From the NCBI GenBank assembly GCA_964626865.1, contig CAZVIT010000003.1, forward strand, positions 1-36,428: 36,428 nucleotides of DNA, given 5' to 3'. This DNA comes from an uncultured archaeon (GTDB lineage Archaea > Thermoplasmatota > Poseidoniia > MGIII > CG-Epi1). Shown piece after piece: positions 31,532-36,428 of the stretch (the first letter of the stretch is position 1; the number at the start of each line of letters is the position of its first letter). The position numbers were made by a program, and so were the translations under genes. A model generated the notes under the pieces. That model was not told the DNA's origin and did not search any database. It saw nothing but the letters and a program-made list of their open reading frames with translations.

Positions 31532-33046
31532 ATGAGCTTGGATGGATTGCTATTGTCAATGTCTAATAATTCCAAATTTGAAATAAACACTTCTGACTCC
31601 GTAAAATGCATATCATCGTCGGAAGATGGGATGAAGATAGCATTTGGAGATAATGGAGGAAATATTTCTTTAGCTACTAATGATGGCAACATTATTTGGG
31701 AAAAAAATATCGAAGAGGGAACATACGGAATCGCTATTATGAAGGATGGAAATAGAGTAGTATGCGGAGGTAAAGACTGTAAACTAAGAATGTTTAATTC
31801 TTTAGGAAATGTTGAATGGGAAGTTAATGTTGGAAAATCAATTTGGTCTCTTGCTGTAGATCCAAATGGACAGGTTATTGTAATTGGAACTGGAGATTCA
31901 ATATCTATGTTTACTGAGAATGGTTCTAAGTTGTGGGAATACAATACCAGAAGAGCAATGGTTGGAGTAGGTGTTTCAAGGAATGGGGCAAATGTTGTAG
32001 CATGTGGAGATGAATTTTTGTATTGCTTAGATTCGGAAGGCAATCTATTATGGAAGAAGCAAAGAAGTGATGCTTTATGGGATGTAGATATTGAAAAAGA
32101 TAGTAATACAATACTAATCGGAGGATGGGACTGTACTGTTCATTCACTAGATTTACACGGAAAAGAGCTATGGAACTTTGAAACAAAAGGATATGTTCGC
32201 TCAGTAAGACCTATTGAAAACGGAGGTGTACTTGCAGGCTCACATGATTATAAAATTTATCAGCTAAATAATAAAGGTGAAGTAGTGAAAATATTTGAGG
32301 CAAACAATGAAATTACTTGTGTTTCTACTTCTTTATCAACGGATATTGTATACGCTGGCGCAGGCAACAGTGTATTAGGTTTTGATACGGAGGAGGGAAG
32401 TTCACCTTCTACATTAAACGAAACTATAGGTACAAGTCAAACACATGATAATGTGACAAAAACACCCATTTCTGAGGAAAACGACGAGTATGAACCTATG
32501 TTTGGGTTTGGAATGTTTGATGAACCAAGTCCAGATACAACTGAAATTCTAGAAAGAGAAATTTATAGTGAAAGTGAAACGCCAACAACTTCCAATAATT
32601 ACTCTAGAAATTCAGAAAATTATTCCAGTACTTACCAGAGTAATACGCCCTCATATCAAGAAAGCAATGATAATATTGATAAAGGTGGAGAATATCGCGA
32701 ATTTGCATCTAAGGTTGTCAAAGGAGATGTGGCAAATTATCTAAGACTTGGTAATGCGGCTTGGGCTGAAAAACGACTTGAAAGAGCTGCTGAACATTTC
32801 CGGAAGGCTACTGACATTAGTCCTGATGAGCCAAGAGCATGGCATAATCTTGCAGTATGCAACTACCACCTTGCTCTGAAACGAAACCCCGATGATTTAG
32901 ATAATGCTGTAGAAAGCGCCATCAAGCCCCTTGAAATTGCTAAAAAAAAGGGAGGTAAAGATTACGACTCAATTGTAGATAAAACTCTACTCTTCTTAGC
33001 TTCAAAACTTGCTTCACCAGAAGAGATAGAAGAATATAGTAATTAA
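31532..33046 (+). CDS. Cytoplasmic seven-blade beta-propeller (WD40/PQQ-like), a disordered linker, and a C-terminal TPR-like domain
   Basis: Seven repeats of about 41 aa end in G-x-x-x-W motifs: DGNIIWEKN, LGNVEWEVN, NGSKLWEYN, EGNLLWKKQ, HGKELWNFE, KGEVVKIFE and the final blade. An S/T/N/E-rich linker covers about aa 290-385. The TPR-like end reads AEHFRKATDISPDEPRAWHNLAVCNYHLAL. There is no signal peptide. Confidence 0.75.
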   Translation: MSLDGLLLSMSNNSKFEINTSDSVKCISSSEDGMKIAFGDNGGNISLATNDGNIIWEKNIEEGTYGIAIMKDGNRVVCGGKDCKLRMFNSLGNVEWEVNVGKSIWSLAVDPNGQVIVIGTGDSISMFTENGSKLWEYNTRRAMVGVGVSRNGANVVACGDEFLYCLDSEGNLLWKKQRSDALWDVDIEKDSNTILIGGWDCTVHSLDLHGKELWNFETKGYVRSVRPIENGGVLAGSHDYKIYQLNNKGEVVKIFEANNEITCVSTSLSTDIVYAGAGNSVLGFDTEEGSSPSTLNETIGTSQTHDNVTKTPISEENDEYEPMFGFGMFDEPSPDTTEILEREIYSESETPTTSNNYSRNSENYSSTYQSNTPSYQESNDNIDKGGEYREFASKVVKGDVANYLRLGNAAWAEKRLERAAEHFRKATDISPDEPRAWHNLAVCNYHLALKRNPDDLDNAVESAIKPLEIAKKKGGKDYDSIVDKTLLFLASKLASPEEIEEYSN

Positions 33047-34176
33047 ATCTCAGTAATTATTGATTCATAATATGTATAACTAACATAAAGTATCCAATCA
33101 TTTCCTTGATCTACTTCACTGAATAATTCAGGAACTATAGAAGGTGCGTCATTACAAGTGATAGAAGTTACCCATGAACCTTGGCCCTTTGCACTAGTAT
33201 AACCATTTTGAAATAAATGTTGTCTTACTTCATTCTCAGAACCTAATGATAGAACCAATTCTTCAGGCATAGAAGATAAAACATTAAAATTAAGTTCTAA
33301 ATTACCTGAAGTTCCATTTTCTGTTAAATTAAAAAGATAATTTGTTGAAACCCCCAGAGAAAAATCATCTGGAAACAAAGTACCAACTACCGGATTCTCT
33401 GGTGAATCTAATTCTTCATCTTCTTCCCATTCTAAATCATAATTTACCGATGTAATATTGTAAGGATATTCATGATTTTGTGTTGTTGTTGCCCCTTCTG
33501 CAGTATAACCTGCAAATGCTGGAAAAGTAATCTCGTTTTGAATAAACTCTACATTGTAGGTTCTTATATTAACAAGAACCCAAGTCTGTACCATACTAGA
33601 TTCGTTACTGGGATCGCTTACAGTTAAAGTGACAGTATAATTTCCTATACTAGTATAAACGTGATTAGGGCGCATTAATGTTGATGTAGAACCATCACCA
33701 AAATCCCATTTAAATTCTAAAATATCTCCATCAGGATCACTGGAAGCCCCTCCATCAAAGAATGCTATACTATTGACTTTGATTTGTTGCCCAAAACCGC
33801 CATAAGTTGCGTCTAAACTTGCCACTGGTGCCTTATTTTTATATAACACATCTATGTTTTTCTTAGCTACACCGATTCTACTATCATCATCTATTACTGT
33901 TAAAGTAACCGTATAAGTACCTTCAACTGCATAAGTATGCTTTACCGATTTTCCAGTGCTGCCATCGTTATCCCCAAAATCCCACAAATATTTAGCACCA
34001 CTAGGATTAGTACCTGAAGCCATAAAGGCGATTGAATCACCCTCAACGAGTAACTCTGTTAAAATTGAGATTTCCACCCCGTCTAAAGATTCCGGAGTAC
34101 TATCTAAACAACCAGGAATCAGCATCATCACTGCAATAAGCCATATTTTGCGCACAGTACGGTAAATACTGCTCAT
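33043..34176 (-). CDS. Lipobox surface protein with two PKD domains and a C-terminal domain of unknown function
   Basis: The signal peptide KIWLIAVMMLIPGC has Cys23 followed by LDSTP. The PKD domains read YLWDFGDNDGSTGKSVKHTYAVEGTYTVTLTVIDDDS and FKWDFGDGSTSTLMRPNHVYTSIGNYTVTLTVSDPSNES. Confidence 0.8.
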   Translation of the reverse strand: MSSIYRTVRKIWLIAVMMLIPGCLDSTPESLDGVEISILTELLVEGDSIAFMASGTNPSGAKYLWDFGDNDGSTGKSVKHTYAVEGTYTVTLTVIDDDSRIGVAKKNIDVLYKNKAPVASLDATYGGFGQQIKVNSIAFFDGGASSDPDGDILEFKWDFGDGSTSTLMRPNHVYTSIGNYTVTLTVSDPSNESSMVQTWVLVNIRTYNVEFIQNEITFPAFAGYTAEGATTTQNHEYPYNITSVNYDLEWEEDEELDSPENPVVGTLFPDDFSLGVSTNYLFNLTENGTSGNLELNFNVLSSMPEELVLSLGSENEVRQHLFQNGYTSAKGQGSWVTSITCNDAPSIVPELFSEVDQGNDWILYVSYTYYESIITEI

Positions 34177-34242
34177 TTAATAATTAAGCCACCTACCGAT
34201 ACCCTTTATTAGAGCGCGAAACGGTGGCAAGTAGGTATTTTT

Positions 34243-34956
34243 ATGCAAGCAGGACACATGGCATATGACCGCGCAATAACTGTATTTTCTCCAGACGGGA
34301 GATTATTTCAAGTTGAATACGCAAGGGAAGCAGTAAAAAGAGGAACAACCACCGTTGGTATCAAATTCAAAAATGGTGTTGTATTAATAGTAGACAAAAG
34401 ATTAAGCTCTAAATTAATAGAAGCAGACAGTATTGAAAAAATATTCAAAATAGATGGACATGTAGGATGTGCAACTTCAGGCTTAGTTGCTGATGCAAGA
34501 GCATTGGTTGACAAAGCTCGTGTAGAATGTCAAGTTAACTCATTTAATTATGATGAAGAATTAGCTGTTGCCTCACTAGTAAAAAAACTGTGTGATTTTA
34601 AACAAAGCTATACACAATATGGAGGTGTAAGGCCTTTTGGTACTGCAATGTTAATAGCTGGAATAGATGCGTCTGGCCCCCATCTTTACGAAACCGATCC
34701 ATCTGGTGCAATGATGGCGTACAAAGCAGGTGGAATTGGTGCCGGAAGAAATGAAGTTATGGAAGTCTTTGAAAAAGATTACAAAGAAAACATGACTGAA
34801 AAACAAGCTATCAACTTAGGTTTAAAAGCACTATCTGCAGCTAATGAGAATAATCTTAAGGCTGAAGTCATTGAAATTGCAGTTATTAGTACTGACAAAG
34901 AATTCGGAACTTTGGACCCTGATTTAGTTAGTGGAGAAATTAAAAAAATTAAGTAA
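34243..34956 (+). CDS. psmA: Proteasome subunit alpha
   Basis: Motifs are [33 protein letters not shown] and [13 protein letters not shown]. Confidence 0.93.
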   Translation: MQAGHMAYDRAITVFSPDGRLFQVEYAREAVKRGTTTVGIKFKNGVVLIVDKRLSSKLIEADSIEKIFKIDGHVGCATSGLVADARALVDKARVECQVNSFNYDEELAVASLVKKLCDFKQSYTQYGGVRPFGTAMLIAGIDASGPHLYETDPSGAMMAYKAGGIGAGRNEVMEVFEKDYKENMTEKQAINLGLKALSAANENNLKAEVIEIAVISTDKEFGTLDPDLVSGEIKKIK

Positions 34957-35648
34957 TGGTATCTCTTGAAGATGCAGTAATTGCCAGACTTGAAACTGGT
35001 GGGCATCGTTTTGAAATACTTGTTGATCCAAATGAAGCGCAGGCTTTCAAAGAAGGTGACGAGATTGATTGGGAAGATAGTATTGCAGTAGATGGAATTT
35101 GGGCAGATAGTGCAAAAGGTGAACGTTCTCCTGAATATATACTCGATGATATTTTTGAATCCTCAGACTTAATAGAAATCTACAAAAAAATTCTAACTGA
35201 GGGCACCATTCAATTAACTTCTGAACAGAAAAAAGAGATGATTGATAAAAAGAAAAAACAAATTTTATCACATATTGTTGCTAATGCAATGAATCCTCAA
35301 ACTGGAGGTGCACACCCTCCACAAAGAATTGAAAATGCAATTGTTGAAGCAAGATATAACTTCGACCCAATTAGAAGTGTTGAAAAGCAAGTAGAAGATA
35401 TTGTAGCAAAAATAAGACCACTAATCCCAATATCCTTTGAAAAAGTTAAAGCTGCTGTAAAAATTCCGGCAATATATGTTGGAAAATGTTATGGCCAAAT
35501 GTCTGGTCTTGGTACAATCGAGAATGAAGAATATCAAAATGATGGAAGCTGGATAGGAATAGTGAAAATGTCTGCTGTTTCATATGATGAGCTTGAAAAT
35601 TTATTGGGTTCCATTACAAAAGGAGCAGCTGAACTAAAAATAATTTAG
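34956..35648 (+). CDS. SBDS/Sdo1 family ribosome maturation protein
   Basis: The N-terminus reads AVIARLETGGHRFEILVDPNEAQAFKEG. The gene sits between psmA and rrp4 as in the conserved archaeal exosome superoperon. A 1-nt overlap joins it to psmA. Confidence 0.85.
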   Translation: MVSLEDAVIARLETGGHRFEILVDPNEAQAFKEGDEIDWEDSIAVDGIWADSAKGERSPEYILDDIFESSDLIEIYKKILTEGTIQLTSEQKKEMIDKKKKQILSHIVANAMNPQTGGAHPPQRIENAIVEARYNFDPIRSVEKQVEDIVAKIRPLIPISFEKVKAAVKIPAIYVGKCYGQMSGLGTIENEEYQNDGSWIGIVKMSAVSYDELENLLGSITKGAAELKII

Positions 35649-35707
35649 AAACAAATCTTCATATAGGGGTAAGTTTGGAAAGGATTGTTATAATTGAAAA
35701 ATAATGG

Positions 35708-36400
35708 ATGATTCATATGAGCGAAGAATCAAAGAATAATAAAAATAGTGAGAATTCTAAAGGATTGGTACTTCCTGGAGATTTGCTAGAGACAAAAAGC
35801 AAACCTGGTAAGGGAATCTTTAGAAAAGATGGACGAGTTTATTCATCAGTTGTAGGTTACTCAAATGATAGAAGTGGATATGTAAATGTCAACGCAATAA
35901 AAGGTAGATATAATCCAAAAGTAGGTGACAAAATTGTTGCAGTATGTGCTGAAACAGGGCCCTCTGTTTGGAGAATGAATATTGGGTCTGCATTTAATTC
36001 AACACTTCACCATAGTGAATCTGGATGGAAAGTACCTTTTGGAGATACAGCACGATTCCTAGCAATAGGCGATGCAGTATGGGCTGAGGTTTTCATGGTA
36101 GATGCAGCTGGTTCACATCAAATAAGTTTAAAGAAAGACGATTGTAGAAAATTATACTCTGGAACGGTAGTGCAAGTAGAACCTACTGCCGTACCAAGAG
36201 TTATCGGAAAACAGGGATCTATGATTACTGCTATCCGTGAAAAAACAAATACCAGAATTCAAATAGGACAAAATGGATTTATTTGGATTGATGGTAAAGG
36301 GGAAGATATCTCTAAAGCTCAAAAGGCTATGGAAACAATCGATAGAGAAGCTTCCTCAGAAGGTTTAACTAAGAAAATAGAAAAATTATTGGAGAAATAA
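35708..36400 (+). CDS. rrp4: Exosome complex RNA-binding subunit Rrp4 (S1 + KH)
   Basis: The N-terminal domain reads VLPGDLL and the S1 region reads YNPKVGDKIVAVC...WRMNIG. The KH domain reads RVIGKQGSMITAIREKTNTRIQIGQNGFIWI. Synteny supports the call. Confidence 0.88.
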   Translation: MIHMSEESKNNKNSENSKGLVLPGDLLETKSKPGKGIFRKDGRVYSSVVGYSNDRSGYVNVNAIKGRYNPKVGDKIVAVCAETGPSVWRMNIGSAFNSTLHHSESGWKVPFGDTARFLAIGDAVWAEVFMVDAAGSHQISLKKDDCRKLYSGTVVQVEPTAVPRVIGKQGSMITAIREKTNTRIQIGQNGFIWIDGKGEDISKAQKAMETIDREASSEGLTKKIEKLLEK

Positions 36401-36401
36401 A

Positions 36402-36428
36402 ATGGCTGGCCAAACAGATATGGAATTA
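36402..36428 (+). CDS. rrp41: Start of the next exosome gene (probably Rrp41, RNase PH-like), truncated by the window edge
   Basis: ATG lies 1 nt after the rrp4 stop, with GGAG 8 nt upstream. Only MAGQTDMEL is visible. The identity is inferred solely from the conserved rrp4-rrp41-rrp42 order. Confidence 0.35.

Noticed and set aside
31486-32043. A 185-aa ORF on the minus strand spanning the divergent promoter and the first 510 nt of the propeller-TPR gene.
   Set aside because: It is antisense to a gene with clear seven-fold repeat structure. Its translation is P/S/I/F-rich low-complexity with no motif. It would also have to begin inside the other gene. This is a typical shadow ORF.
34188-34236. 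Overlapping inverted-repeat pieces in the PKD-lipoprotein/psmA divergent spacer: GCCACC/GGTGGC and ACCTAC/GTAGGT.
   Set aside because: The two halves are permuted rather than forming one continuous stem, and each arm is only 6 bp. I could not distinguish this from chance or assign it a hairpin or operator role.
1-36428. A search by eye for CRISPR arrays, IS elements/transposases, integrases, toxin-antitoxin pairs, restriction-modification or other known defence genes, rRNA, and long non-coding gaps.
   Set aside because: None was found. The largest intergenic gaps are about 110-130 nt divergent promoter regions, no spaced direct-repeat arrays are visible, and no ORF shows DDE, tyrosine- or serine-recombinase, or nuclease/defence signatures.

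Overview
The window is a gene-dense, low-GC archaeal chromosomal segment with about 31 CDS and one partial tRNA. I saw no rRNA, CRISPR array, transposase or integrase. Archaeal identity rests on clear hallmark genes: the PolD small subunit (DP1) divergent from Orc1/Cdc6, GatE, and a proteasome alpha - SBDS - Rrp4 - (Rrp41) block. The low GC and the abundance of huge T/S/D-rich surface proteins suggest a planktonic euryarchaeote of the Marine Group II/III type, but that placement is only an inference. Housekeeping content also includes TrkA/TrkH K+ uptake, a DUF368 polyprenyl-phosphate translocase-like protein and a short Nop-domain protein. There are also a GlmU-like nucleotidyltransferase, two GT-B glycosyltransferases, an ATP-grasp enzyme and two tandem all-TPR proteins. 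The list continues with an MIO-family ammonia-lyase convergent with a class-III aminotransferase, a Toprim protein, an orphan ABC ATPase and an MptE-like kinase. Two loci are the least explained. Locus 1 (10345-15524) encodes a 986-aa eight-domain S-layer-like glycoprotein with a lipoprotein and a 2-TM/coiled-coil protein upstream, and a SecB-like plus zinc-ribbon membrane pair encoded divergently. Locus 2 (27502-34176) encodes a 1300-aa single-pass surface protein with an unusual ~240-aa cytoplasmic coiled-coil tail ending in an acidic/aromatic DFG-repeat peptide. Divergent from it is a cytoplasmic seven-blade propeller-TPR protein, followed by a PKD lipoprotein. A directly visible oddity is that the ammonia-lyase carries Ala-Cys-Gly where the canonical MIO-forming Ala-Ser-Gly triad sits. 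All functional calls come from motif recognition by eye. No database search was run.
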